Both the position numbers and the translations under genes were made by a program. A stretch of 64,000 bases of DNA from Lytechinus pictus (Eukaryota): contig NC_087245.1 in NCBI RefSeq assembly GCF_037042905.1, positions 31,994,001 to 32,058,000 of the forward strand, read 5' to 3'. The first letter of the stretch is position 1. Each line of letters starts with the position of its first letter. A model generated the notes under the pieces. It ran no database searches, had not been told where the DNA came from, and worked only from the letters and a program-made list of their open reading frames with translations. Below are positions 1 to 13,100 of this stretch, piece after piece.

Positions 1-344
1 AATATTTCATTTTTTTACAAATTTTACAATAAGAGCTAACTTGACTGACACATAAAATACCACATGTTCAGGGAGGAATAATATTCCACATGATAATGAG
101 GAGAAAATTAGAATATTTCATACAATAAAATACAAGAGAAATAGTGAGTGGATGATGTCATCAGTCTCCTCATTTGGATACCGACCAGGGTGTACATTAT
201 AACTGTCTTGTGCAATTAAGGGAAACTAAAAACTGCCATAACTTTCTCATTTTACATCCAACTTTGATGAAATTTTCACTGTTTTGCATGTTGGATTTTC
301 TCTTTTTATTCAAATCAACTTTTCGTTGGGGGTGGACTTGTCCT
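1..344 (+). mobile_element. TTAA-flanked non-autonomous DNA transposon (Kolobok-like), partial
   Basis: Ends ggggtggacttgtcct|ttaa; homologous to 57646-58248 and 26540-26765. Confidence 0.7.
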
Positions 345-3300
345 TTAAGTGAAAATTGAATGGAATAAGCTTTACTTTGTATTAGTTTTTTTTGTATTCT
401 TGTAGAACTTAAGTATAGTTTAGTAATTACGTAGAAACCACATGGATATTTCCATCCCTTTCGTAGTTTGGTATTTATCAAGACCATTCAGCACTATAAT
501 ATATGGCTCTTGGAATCAAGATACAAGGACTGTCGATTTCCTGTTATATTTATTACATTTCCATTCATGGTTAACAAGCCCATAATGTCAGTCAGTTGAT
601 TTACTAATACATGTTATAAGATCTTCTATTCCGAGAGCATTACATGAAGCGAATGTTCGTGCCCCTTTTAACTAACAATTTATTGTTACAAGCTATTAAA
701 ATCCTTGCTTGTGATTGGCTGACAGAAACATTTCCAGTGAAATTAATTGACAAGACTATTAGTGAATCTATCCACTTGATTTTCAAGTTGGGATGATTTG
801 ATATCTTACCGTATCTTCATATAAACCGACAATAATGTATGGGATTCATTACAGGGCATAATTACGAATGTCATTTATCATCATTTCTGTCTACTGTGTT
901 GAAAGGCAAACCTCGTAGGGAAGTTTATCTTCATTTCATTCTGCCGTCGTATTTCATTGTTATTTTTGTTTAATTGATCAAGCTTTCAAGGGAACATTTC
1001 GACACAAATTTTGATACACAGCTCTATAAAGGGATTGATTAACTTTATTCAGGTTCTATAAGCATGCTTCTCTTGCAGTCAATGCTGTAAGCATAGTTCC
1101 AAAACTTAAGATCAGGCAGGAATAACCTCAGATATTTACGCTAATCGATCGCTTTTTATGAAAGTCATATAAACGTCCATATAATGTAATAGATGGAGAA
1201 TATCATTATTTAAAATAGTTGAGAATCATGATGCTTTTGAAATAATATCTTCAAGGTATCCTCTATAAACGATTTTACACGCACTGACAACATGTAGAGC
1301 CCGACATGTCTCAGACTTTTGCAACCTCCACAAATATACTTTTAAATGTTGTATGTTTATTTTAAAGCGGATTGATTCTTGTCAAAGAAGATCTTGTTTT
1401 TTTTTCCAAGGGACCTTGGAGACCTATATGTTCTTCATAGCATGTTTTTGTATATTTATGATTTTTTTATATATGGCTCCAATCATTCTTATCATTTGCA
1501 ATGCTGTGTAGTTCAATATAAGTTTTTATCATTATTATCTTGATGCAATCCTAGACATATTCTCCTCCATGTCCTCGGGGATACAATCCTTGATGGGTTT
1601 GATTAAACTTTGTATATGTCCTTAGATATGTTTTGACTTCACAGTTACTTGTATATGGATGAATGAAAATAGATACAAATACAAATATACAATAACTGAT
1701 CGACGAGACAAATAAAACAGCGTTATATAAGCAAAGGAATTATAGGGCTTACAATCAACAATTCATTCATCTATCATACAATATTTGTCTCACTGCAGAA
1801 TGCTTTCGAGTACGGTATCCGTTTATTGAACTGATTTGTTTCCAAGTCATGGTCATCTCTAATCGATCGATCTCCCTCTTTATGGCAATTATCTTCATTC
1901 AAAGTTTGTTAATATGAATAAAATCAATAGCTCATACGATTGCAATACTATTTATTTTAAAGTCAAGGCAGTATTTTGTTTAACTTCCGTACAATATACC
2001 AGTCTTCAATGTGATATCGTTTTTTAATCAGCGGCATTTAAAAAAAAAATCATTATTATTAAAATTGTAGTTTTTATATTAGATTTTGAAAATTTTAATG
2101 TTTAGCGATTTAGGTTGCCCGAAAATAAGTTTTCATTTTACAACCTTGATTATTGTAAAAGAATACTTTATTATGATAACAACTGATATTGTATTCTATA
2201 TGTTTGATAATATTTTTGGAGAAAACACGATTTGTCTAATTCCAAAAGGATGAATCCCTCTTTTGTACATTAAGAGAAAAAAAACACATCACCATTCTGT
2301 GAAAAATGCGAGCGAGAGAAGTGGGCGAGCAAAAAAATGTTGACCGATTTACTACAAAAATATAATTTTTGGTAGATTTTTACTTAATATTCAAAAAATA
2401 ATATACATATTTCTCTTTGGCTTTCGTTTTTTTTATTCTCCTATTTTTCGTTGGTGTGATTTTTGTTGTTGTGGGGGTGGGGAGCATGGCCTCCAAGCAC
2501 CCCCCCCCCCATCTGAAAGGTTAGTAACCGTAATATACACATACCTCCACTCAGGTACACTACTAATTCAACCTCTAAATTTCTACCAAGAAGTTGATTT
2601 GTAACATCTGTTGGAACTTGGAAATACAAAGTAAATCTCGTGCTGTTCTGTCACAGTAGAATAATATAGGTATTTGTTATCCAAAGTGGGCGCGGCTGAT
2701 TCTTATTCTTGTCTGAGTTTGTTTGAAAATAATTAGACCTTGAAAATTCATCGCGAAGAAGCAGCGCATAAGCCATCTAACTTTTACAGGGTTGAAAGTG
2801 TCTCTTAAGTTTGATTAGTTAAACTCATTCTTATGCCTGAGCATAATTATCGTCCCCTAAAACTAGGCTTCATGTATTAAAGCATGTGTATTATGCGATT
2901 TCAGAGTAACAGATATGACCATGACATTCATGTATGAAATATGATTTGGGAGCGGAATCAAAACCTCTCAAAATATTAGGTTCCAGTACCGGATGACAAT
3001 GTTATATCTTTTATTCCAAGTTTAGAACATCAGATGAATATTTGAAACCTTATTGATCTTGTTAATTATTGATGCCGTAGCTCTCGGGCGTTATCCGTCT
3101 TTGACTGATTAAGATAATCATTGCTTCATTTTACTTTACTAGTCGTCCCCAGTCCCCTTGTTAATGCAAAGCAAAAAGTTCTAAGCTTTCGAATTCATGA
3201 AAAGTATTAACTGATATATACGCAATTACGTATTTGGTTTTGTTAAATGTTTGTCTATTGTTGTAGAGAAATATGCTCGAAAAGAGGGAGTGATGACTTT

Positions 3301-5240
3301 TCATCATTGTCAAACTTTTTACAACGGGAACATGTTTTCTCACATGGTCATAAATTCATGAGAGAAGTTTGATGTCATCGACCCTTACCATTTTTGGAAA
3401 AGGGTTGGTTGTATTTATTCTTAAGTTGTCTTCAGAAGATATGAACTTCCTTGTAATCTTTTTTGTCTAATTTTATTTTCGATTTTTATTCGTACAGTAA
3501 GTACTTTACCTCGTTTCAGTGTGGGGTGATTGGTTGACGATTAACGATCTGTTTCATTTAACTTATTGTGTATAATTCTCTCGTTTTTTATGGGTTTTTT
3601 TGTATGGAAATAGGCCTATATTTCCCCCAGTCCTTAATTTTAAGCCGATGAGTCAAGACTTATTTCCGGTGCGCTTACAAGCTCTGATTTCATAGTTGTC
3701 AAGTCCATTATATTGTAACTTTTGTATGAGAATGATCCTAACAATTAAGCCTTTGGAAATAAATGTAATAGCTCCTCTTTAAATCCTGGCTTCGATTTCG
3801 ACCACTGACGGGGGGGGGGGGGGATTTATCGAGGCGCTCCATAGTTCCTGCTGATAACAAGTATACCAGTGAGGGAGAAGTCAGCCAAAAGCATCCCAAA
3901 TTCACTGGTGCACGATATTTGATTCTTTGAAATAAAGTGATTTAGTGAAAGTAATCTCTTATGAACCTTGTCAGCTCAGGGAAATTTACGAGAGCATCCT
4001 TTTTGTCCTGGAAAGGCAAAGATTACGAGTGATGGTAAGAAACCCCCGTACCCATCTTCGCCTTCGGGACTGGCCGAAATTATACCCCTACGCCTCCGGC
4101 GGCGGCGGTGATGTCTGATGAGGTGGTTTTGTCGGAGTATTGACGAAGGCTCGAAATTTATGGAATGCCAATTGTTCTCTGAGTCATAGAGAGAACCCCC
4201 CTCCCCAGCTTGCTTCACTCTACTTTTGATAAATCGATCTTGGGGGGTAATTGTTTATGATGTAATCAATGATGTTTTCACCTAAATAGTCTATGTGTGC
4301 ACCTTTCTTGTCACTTTCACTTTATCATATGGCCCTTGAATGTCAGTATTTACTCTACTGTAAATGTTTTTTTTTTTGTTAAAAAGTTATAAAAAAAAAA
4401 TGTTGATATTGATCTGATCGATTTGACATAAAATTTCACCTGCGGAATTTTAAATGGAGTTCTACGAGGTATCGGATAGAGCGCCACCTGCTCACGTTTG
4501 AGAGACATAGGGAGTACAATTTGTTTGTACGCCTGAGACGCCCTCGAAATGTACCTCGAGCGGGCTTGTCAGGATAACGTACTAATACAGGGCAGGAGAG
4601 GTGGTCTTGCACGATTTCCTAGGAACTTTTCTTTCCTATCTTTCCTTTACTTTTTTTAACTGATATAGATTGAACAAAGAAATTATTCTTTTTGAAAAAA
4701 AAAGGGAAAGCAAATTTACAAGGCAACAATAGTCAAAACTGACTAGTTTGCCTATTTAAAATAACAACAACAACAACAACTGATATTCCAAAGTTATGCA
4801 ATAAAGACTGCAGCCTCCACTTACCAAACAGGAAATAAGTGAGGTAGATTTAGTCCATGATTGCAACATGATGGTTTTCCTTTCAAATTTATGATGGGGG
4901 GGACCTAAGGCAAAGCTACGCACTAGGCCTATATAAAAGAAAAAAATATGCCAATTTTAATTTTTGAACAAATTATCTTACACTTATTTGTGGCAAACAT
5001 TTTAAAGATCATTAACCAAAAGAAAATATTACAAAACTTACTAGATCTAATATGAAAATTCTGCCAGTTTTCCGAACACCTTGATTTCGACGCCCGAGGT
5101 AGAGGGGTTCCTAAAGCTACGCACTTGATTTATCATGCAAAGAAATAGTATTTCCTGTGTGCCTCAATTTCTAAAATATGTTCATATCATTAGGGGATAA
5201 TATGAAATTAAAGCGAATATAACTCCAAAATTCTAAACAG

Positions 5241-5862
5241 TTCGTCGGCGGTCATCCAAACCGTCATATTAGTCAATTTTGGTCAAAAAGTCGATTTTTA
5301 GATTTTTGCAGAAAATGAAAGTTCAAGTCCTACTCTATTCACGACTAAATTTTCAGGCAGCATTTTATTTTCTGAGATATGAGAGGATTTTCACGGCGAT
5401 GCCATACAAATTTTAATAAAATGTGCAAATCCTATTGGAAACGTGTACTGTAAACAGAGCGATCCGACGCTTTGACCGCGATTTCAATGCGCGCGGTCAA
5501 CCAAACCGTCGTATCGGCACGTGGCACTGCATTGACTTTGCACATGTAAAGCAATACAATGTTTAAACTGATTGCGTGCATTGACATCGCGGTCAGTCAA
5601 AACGTATCGCTTTTTCCCTATGGTGTTTTTGTACAGGGAAAATCTAAGTCGCTCAAACCGAAATTACAAGCATGTAGCTCTTTTTCCATATTTTCTCAAG
5701 CAAATTTCTTGGTCTTTCCAACCATGTATTTTTCAAGCAATGAATATGTTGTCAGGCTGGGGAACTAAGTGTGAAATTCATAGTAAACTTAAGTTGATTT
5801 TCTCTGAAATAGGTTTGCACCGTCGTATGTGTGATACGACGATTTGGATGACCACCAACAAA
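5241..5862. mobile_element. Imperfect foldback element / MITE
   Basis: ggtcatccaaaccgtcatat vs atacgacgatttggatgacc, with inner inverted pairs centred near 5540. Confidence 0.55.
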
Positions 5863-6089
5863 TTTTCTAAGGAGAGGGGGCACATTTCCCTGAGGCAGGG
5901 GCAGGGCTGCCAACATTTGATAATTGTTGAGAGTGAGATTTTACGAGAAGTGAAGTGCGAGGGAGTCCTCCCATAGTGTGGAGCTTTTTTACTTTTCAAG
6001 GTGAAATTGTGTGATCTGGTGCATATTTTTACATATATCCAAAGGCATTATGAAGAGGGAAAAATTATGCACAGCCTTTTTTCTAATAA

Positions 6090-6237
6090 ATGAAATGATA
6101 AACATGGAATACCCACTTGCTGAAATGCTAATGGTGTTTTTTGTGAATAATTATTTTATAGTAATTTTCAAAGTCAGCACTGCTGATATATTGAATTGCG
6201 TGATGCAGGTGAGACTGCCAGAGGCGCTCCACTTGTT
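6090..6237 (+). mobile_element. 3' fragment of the HINE-like element
   Basis: aaagtcagcactgctgatatattgaattgcgtgatgcaggtgagactgccagaggcgctccacttgtt matches the element 3' end. Confidence 0.75.
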
Positions 6238-7060
6238 TATCATTTATAGTAAAAGTTATCTTCGATTCAATCTTCCTTGCTAAAGTCTATGTTTTATTCA
6301 CGATTAACGTCTACTTTTATTCACATGATTATTAGTTCTGAGCAAATCATTTTTCACAAACTTTTCATAAGTGGTGCTCACTCAAGTGGAAAGATTTTTT
6401 ACAGTTATATCGTCATTTGCTGTACCAATGTTTAAATGGAAGGGCTTCAGGATATTATGAATAATATGATTTTAAAGGATTGGTTCTAAGTGTAAACCTT
6501 TTTTTGATATGCACTGTATATTTCTGTGGTAAATGAGGAGCTGTCGAGCAGTTTTCAGCAATGTGCATGTTAATAATTGTATTTTATTTAAAGAAGATGA
6601 AAAGGAGCGTAATATCTCATACACTGTAGATGTGCAATAATGTCCACATTGTCTTAACCAGTAGCATGTCCTTCTACTGAAAAAAAATATTTTCACCTGT
6701 TTTGTTTGCAGGTTTGATTATTGTCATTGTTGTATTACACACAAAAATCATATCATTCCCGGGTTGTGAGAGGCAATTATGAGGATATGCAAGGTGCGGA
6801 TCAAGCTGGATTAGATTTAGAAACAATAATTTTGAGAGGCTAACTATTGTGCAATAACAATGTGGCCCCTGAAATGGTATTGTGTGTAATCTGGCGGGAT
6901 CCGCGCCTGGGATAAGCAATTGTTCAATTGACCAAGCAGTTGTACATCAGGAGAGATTGAAAATAGTTAATATAGACCTTAAAGGAATTATGAAATAATT
7001 TTTACATTCATTTCATAACTGTATTTCTTTTTCTCTCTTTTTTTCCTGAAATATTTCTAG

Positions 7061-7162
7061 CCTACTGCGGATTTCCTGACTGGCGCAAGGATGAATGGGA
7101 TTGAGATCATCGCATCGGAAAGCTTCTCGGAGGACCCTTCACTTCAAGTAACAAACCTCAAG
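7061..7162 (+). CDS. GABBR: GABA-B receptor exon (VFT): [34 protein letters not shown]
   Basis: Pyrimidine tract + tag acceptor, AG|gtagga donor, 102 nt, phase 0-0. Matches the 'GIEI...SF..DP...V.NLK' VFT motif. Confidence 0.92.
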
Positions 7163-10100
7163 GTAGGATGTTACACTCTCTCTTGGTGTGTCAAAACTGA
7201 CACCAATGAATGTCCCTAGATTATCACACCCTAAGGTGTAAGATGTTAACCATAGAGTTTTAACATAACACCAAACAGTGGTAAAATAACAACCAGTGCC
7301 AGCCGCACAGAAATGCTGTTAGCCCAACACAGCGCCAACAGTAAGCCCAGTCACATCTTCCGGATTGTGAAGTCAAAACTTTTACTTCTATGTGTAAGTA
7401 ATGCATTGTTGCAACATTGGACATCGCTTCCACATTACCCGGTTGTAACAGGGCCTCTGTTAGCGCATTGTTAATGCTAACAACGTTTCTGTGTGGTCAG
7501 TATGGCAAGTTCCCCCAAGTCTGCGCAGTCCCCCTTGTCTGCGCACACGCGTATCTGCGCGATTCTAGTAAAAGAAGATACGCAACGAGCACGAACTTTA
7601 AACATGCAATACATAGACAGGTATTCATTAAAAAAATCCCACTCGAAATGGAAAATTAATGAATTTAGGGCATTTCATGTGATGGCCTCAAAATGCAGCC
7701 TTATCAAAATCCCAGAATTGTGTGCAAAGTGAATGAGTGCGCAGACATGGGGTACCATTTTTTTTTCAATCTGAAAATGATTGCCCGAGGTTTTTTCAAG
7801 AAAATCCTATATTTTCTTTCATTTTTTAATAAGAAATTTGGTAAACTTACTCTTAATAATATAAGGAACATTATTAACTGAAAAATTTTGTGAAATAAGA
7901 AGAAATTCATGTTAAATCTTAACTCAAATCGTTAGGTGCACAGACTTGGGGCCCACCATCATACAGATGTATTGTTATAACACCACTTGTCCCAGCCTCA
8001 CAGAAAAGTTGTTAGCAGCAACGCTAACGAGTTGTTTTGACATTAATAGTCAATGTCACGATATTACCGGTTATTATTGGCTGTAACAACGTTTCTGTGT
8101 GGCCGGTACTAGTGGGTATGTATGAAACCCACAATTGAACACCGAGGTAAAATTATTGAAGCGCTTCTTTGTACACTGGTTAACACTACAGTTTTGACTT
8201 TGTGACAGGTGGTACTGAATTTGATTTAATATGTGGTGGTCTTTAAGGGGTAAAAGTGGAATGGTGGTTAATTGAAGGTTTTTTTTTTTTTTTGGGGGGG
8301 GGGTGTTCCAAGAATATAGCATTTCCATTTATTTGAATGTAGGATAAAAGAGGACTGTTTATTCAATGCCTTGCTCATGAGCATAAGTGCTGTGGCAGTG
8401 TGAAGCAACCATGGTATTATTATGGTAGATACTGGTGGTATGGAGTGGTGGTGATATGATATGGTCTTCAGGGGGCATGCTGGTGTATTATGAAAACTGG
8501 GATTTTAAAGCCGACACCAGGTGGTGTTCCTAGAGGACCCTACCCTCGGGTGTTAAAATTACACCCTAGAGTTTGAACATTACAGTAATTAACAACATGG
8601 TTTTTTATCACAAATAACTCTTTTAATTTTAATTTAAAGGTGCACATTTCTGGGGTTCAAGAGGGTGTTGTTGGACGTACGTTCACACTGCATATGGCGC
8701 CGGGGGGGGGGGGCACTTTCATTGACGAGTGGATACTCGTGCGACCATTGGGTTTCGAAAAAGCACCCAAAACAGGTATTTTCCATATTCTGAAAATGCA
8801 CTTCTTAACGAGTATTGACGTGTGAAACCCTACCCTTAATAAGTATTGGAAACAAAACGGCAACCTTGACAAGTATTCCCTGAATTTACCCCCTAAACAT
8901 GTACAGCGATAATTTAATTATGTCAAGGACGTGATACGTCGGCTTTATCTTTACTTACATAGGGTTTATACCGCCCTCCACACCTTGCTCAAATCGGACT
9001 CTAGACACGTAGTGTTGGGATAAAAAGTATCATTAATAAAGCATTTTAGTCTTTTTTTATACCCTCGCAAATTTAACCGTAAAAGGTAGCTTTCCTAGTG
9101 AACTATATACTTTTTTTCAGTATATTTGTGTTTTTGACACCCTTATTACTTTATGTACGAACAGTAACGTGCACATTCCGTGGTACGGATGGCAACAAAG
9201 ACAAAAGAAGCCGAACCAAGATTTGCAAACAACTCTTTCTTTCTCTGATTAATTTATACAGAAACAAGGAGCACGCATCATCATCGGGAACTTCTACGAG
9301 AACAAAGCCAGACAGGTATTTTGCCAGGCCTACAAAGATGGGCTATACGGCGAGAAATATGTGTGGATAATAACAGGTAAGGGACATTAAGGTAAGAGAG
9401 ATTTTTTTCTCTTTAAGTGGGAAATAGAAGACGGTAAAACCATCCAAGAAAAGTGAACGTAATTTAAAAATCAATGTAGATAAAAATGGAAGTAATCTAT
9501 ATGAAAAGGGGAGAGAATTACAAAAAGAAGGAGAAAAGTAAGAAAACTGTGAAGAAATGTACAAGAACAAGAAGAATGTAACTTTATGAACTAGATCTCT
9601 CAATTTTAATCTATGAGTCTGCCATGGCACAAAAAGTGTTTTTTTTTTCATATAAGATAGAATATCACTTTACACGATTTATATTATGAATTTTAAGAAT
9701 AGTTTTTCATTGAATATTACTTTTGATTATACTTTGAATTGTAGGTTCTTTGACATGCTCATTTACATATTGAATTATATTTTATATCTACTTGTCAACT
9801 TTTATGCCATATTTGAAACTTAACATCTATATGAATTGAAATTGAATTTCCAAATGGACGATTGAAAATACAGGTCTAAGGTCTGAATTCATGAAGTGGA
9901 TTTAAACCTACATAAACCATCGTCTAAATCCTTAAGTTTGATATGGACAGTCATAAAAGGGCAATTTTAGCTGCTTTCTTTTTTTTTGCTGATTTCAACC
10001 TTTTTGGCTGCCCATAGCACATTTGTATCGTGGGTTTAGTCAGTGGTCTAGGTTTAAATCTTCTTCGCGAATTCGGGCCTAAGAGTTTATCAAATCCCAA

Positions 10101-13100
10101 CGAAACTCCATGTCTTATGCAAATACAGGTCTACTTATCAGTAAGCGGAAACTCATTTCCCCAATGACTTAATTGGTTTACTTGAAAGTGACATGTGAAA
10201 TTTGGGGGGGATGTTTGCTTGTCAATAATGTTTGGGACCAAGCTATTCTGAGGGTACTGTATATCAGGGTGCTACATAAGCACTTGCCCGATTGCCCGGG
10301 GCAAGTAAAAGTTAGAGTCGGGCAAGTTTTTTTACGTAAAGACCAAAACTACATGCCCGAATTGGGCAAGCAAAATTCTCAAAGTAGAATTACCAAAATT
10401 AGGGTCGATATGATATATTGACCCTAATTTTGGTCACGGCAGGCAAGATAAAATCACTTTGGAAAAAGAAATGCAATAACACAGTAGATCAGGGGCCCGT
10501 TTCATAAAAGACTTGCAACTGTTGTAACTTTGCCATTATGGCATCTACCATGGTAACAGGGCTCAGCAGGCAATCAAAATCAAGGTTTCCATGGTAGTTG
10601 GCATAATGGCAAAGTTACAACAGTTGCAAGTCCTTTATGAAATGGGCCCCTGTTCATGTCAAAAGAGAGAAAAAGGTCAATGGTTTATAAAACCGCAAAA
10701 CTTTCTTTTGGAGAGGTAAATTTCAATGATTTTTTTGGGCAAGTGAAATCGATTTTTGGGCAAGTATATTCCAACTATTTAAAAATTTACTTGCCCAACT
10801 GGGAAAGTGCTTCTAAAAAGTTATGTAGCACCCTGGGATATGTAGTATTTTTCTGATCGACAGAGTCATTGCATGTCATTAGATAATGCCAAAATTTTGG
10901 ATGTATAACATAAAGGAGAATAGTTTAAGCGAACAATATTCACTCAAATTCATACCATTCAAGAAAAACAATTAAAATTATAAAGAAGAAAGGAATAGTC
11001 AAAATTCCCAACTCAAGCAAACTGCCTTCCCAGTTTCAAATAAACCTTTCTCCCACCCAAGCGGAGTCTTTGGGAAACGGTTTTCTGTCTTTCTGTGAAA
11101 TGGACATATGTCTACACAACACATGCAGTTTCGTCAGGGTTTAGCCAACTTTTCAGAGATGTGTTTTGTCCTCTACCCATCTGGAACTGTCAGTTTGTGA
11201 TCCGCCTTTGTGTTAACGTTCAAGATACCATTTACTAATGTATTCAAACTTTACGGATGTCCTTCCAAAGAGGGTGTTTTGCTGTTCAATTCACCTGCTA
11301 CCGGCAGTGGTAGCATCTGAAATGGATTGGGTCCACCTTGTATCAATGTTTTTTTACGGTATGTCGGACAAAGCTCAACCAAGTTAAAGGGTTCTGTCAC
11401 TTGTGACCAATAATGATAACGATACCTGCTTCCATTATAGGCATGGTTTTAATCCCACACCTACATGTATGCAGAGTGAAGTTTCATCTCCTGCAAATAA
11501 TGTCCGGATGTATCCCATGATACTTTTACATCACCTGACTTTCAAAACTTGTGACCTCAGGGCACCCTTGAGAATACAATACGGATAGTAGCATTATTTA
11601 CCCCCATCGTCAATGATGCATTTGATTATCGTATCATTCTTAGTTTCGAAATATCGAAGCTGTAACAGTACGTTACATGATTTTAAATTTGAAAGGCCCT
11701 GTCACATCGTTCCTCGCAAGCCGTCCAAGTGATTGCCCACAGTTCACCTGCAACAAAGTTTGAGCATGTTCCAAAATTTTCTGTGTGCAAATCAGACTTG
11801 CGCGCGCTCCTGCAAGCAACTGTGTGCGAGATACAAAAGTTACCAACACAAGTCATACGCAAGGCTTGCAAGGAACGATGTGACAGGGCCTTGAATATTT
11901 TATTCTTCATGGGACCAGAGTGGCTGATGTGTCAATAAAAACGTGCCTTTACGTCTGGCTACGTAGAAAAGATATTGGTTTAGATAGCTGGTATAGCATG
12001 AGGCCCAACAGCATGCATTAGATGGGTCATTACCTTAACCCAGTATCTTTTCTGCATGATCGATATCATATATAAAGATGCAGATATCGTTATCTTCATT
12101 GGTTTATTATGTGACAGGTCCTTTGTTGGTGTAGAACCACACACAGAATTTGAATACATTAGTAATGGTTTACTATTCGACAGTTCGAACTTTGTGTGAA
12201 AGATTTTGTTTTTATAATTTAACTGCAAACGCTTTTAAAAATCTAAACTAACATAAGCTTAAAGCGCAATCCTCCAGTTTTTGACAGGTCTTAGCTTGCT
12301 TGTTCCCAGCGGTAAAAGTCCTCCCCTCTCGTCATTCTTCAAGTCTGCTCGCCGATCACCAAGCGCCCTCTGGAGTTCATCTCAGGCTCACCCCCGACCT
12401 GGTTTTTTTCTGCCTAGTCTGGTTTGATTTTAGAAAAGTCAAAATGCCAATCTCAGCTGCCTATATTTTCTTTTATCTTGAATTATAATTTACATTTTGA
12501 ATTGCAATCCTGAAAAGAGATGCAATAGTATTTTTTGCAAAACTTTATAGAGTCGAGAATATTTACCTGCATGACATAATACTTGATGCAGCTAAAAGTA
12601 GAAAACATATACATGATGGTACTTGTGTTAAACATAAAAAAGTATTAACTCCTCCATTTTTGTTGAAATACTGTAACTTTTTACCAAAACATGTTTGAGC
12701 AAATTAATTTGCAGGAATGTTTCTATATTCATTTTCTAACTTTTGTGTAAAAATGTATCAATTCCATCAATTCATGCATGAATGAACATTCATATTAAAA
12801 AAGCAAAGCTTTCACTTTCAACAAGTTGCAGCAGTAATTACTTATGCCAAAATAACAGAGTAAATGATAACAATTTTGCATTAACTCTTTGCCTGCTTCG
12901 TTCGACTAGAGTCACATATGTCCAGCAGACTGCCAAGTTTGACTCCAGTCACATTCTATTCACAATACACACAGAGCGCATTAAGTCTATTGTTCATACC
13001 CACATACAAAATATTGATGTATGCATCGCATTGTACTGTGTACACACAAAGCTTTTCTTTACAATAAACCAATCAAATGCTATTTTGAGCTGGAATAGCA

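Noticed and set aside
3976..4218. 80-aa Arg-rich ORF or a possible upstream GABA-B exon
   Set aside because: No receptor motif and no compatible splice sites; the Arg run comes from a (GGC)n tract.
4479..4495. CTCF-like motif (CAGGTGGCGC on minus)
   Set aside because: A single short match; it cannot be distinguished from chance without ChIP or conservation data.
5559..6283. Cluster of 69-134-aa ORFs
   Set aside because: They lie within a foldback element and a HINE fragment, with no protein motifs.
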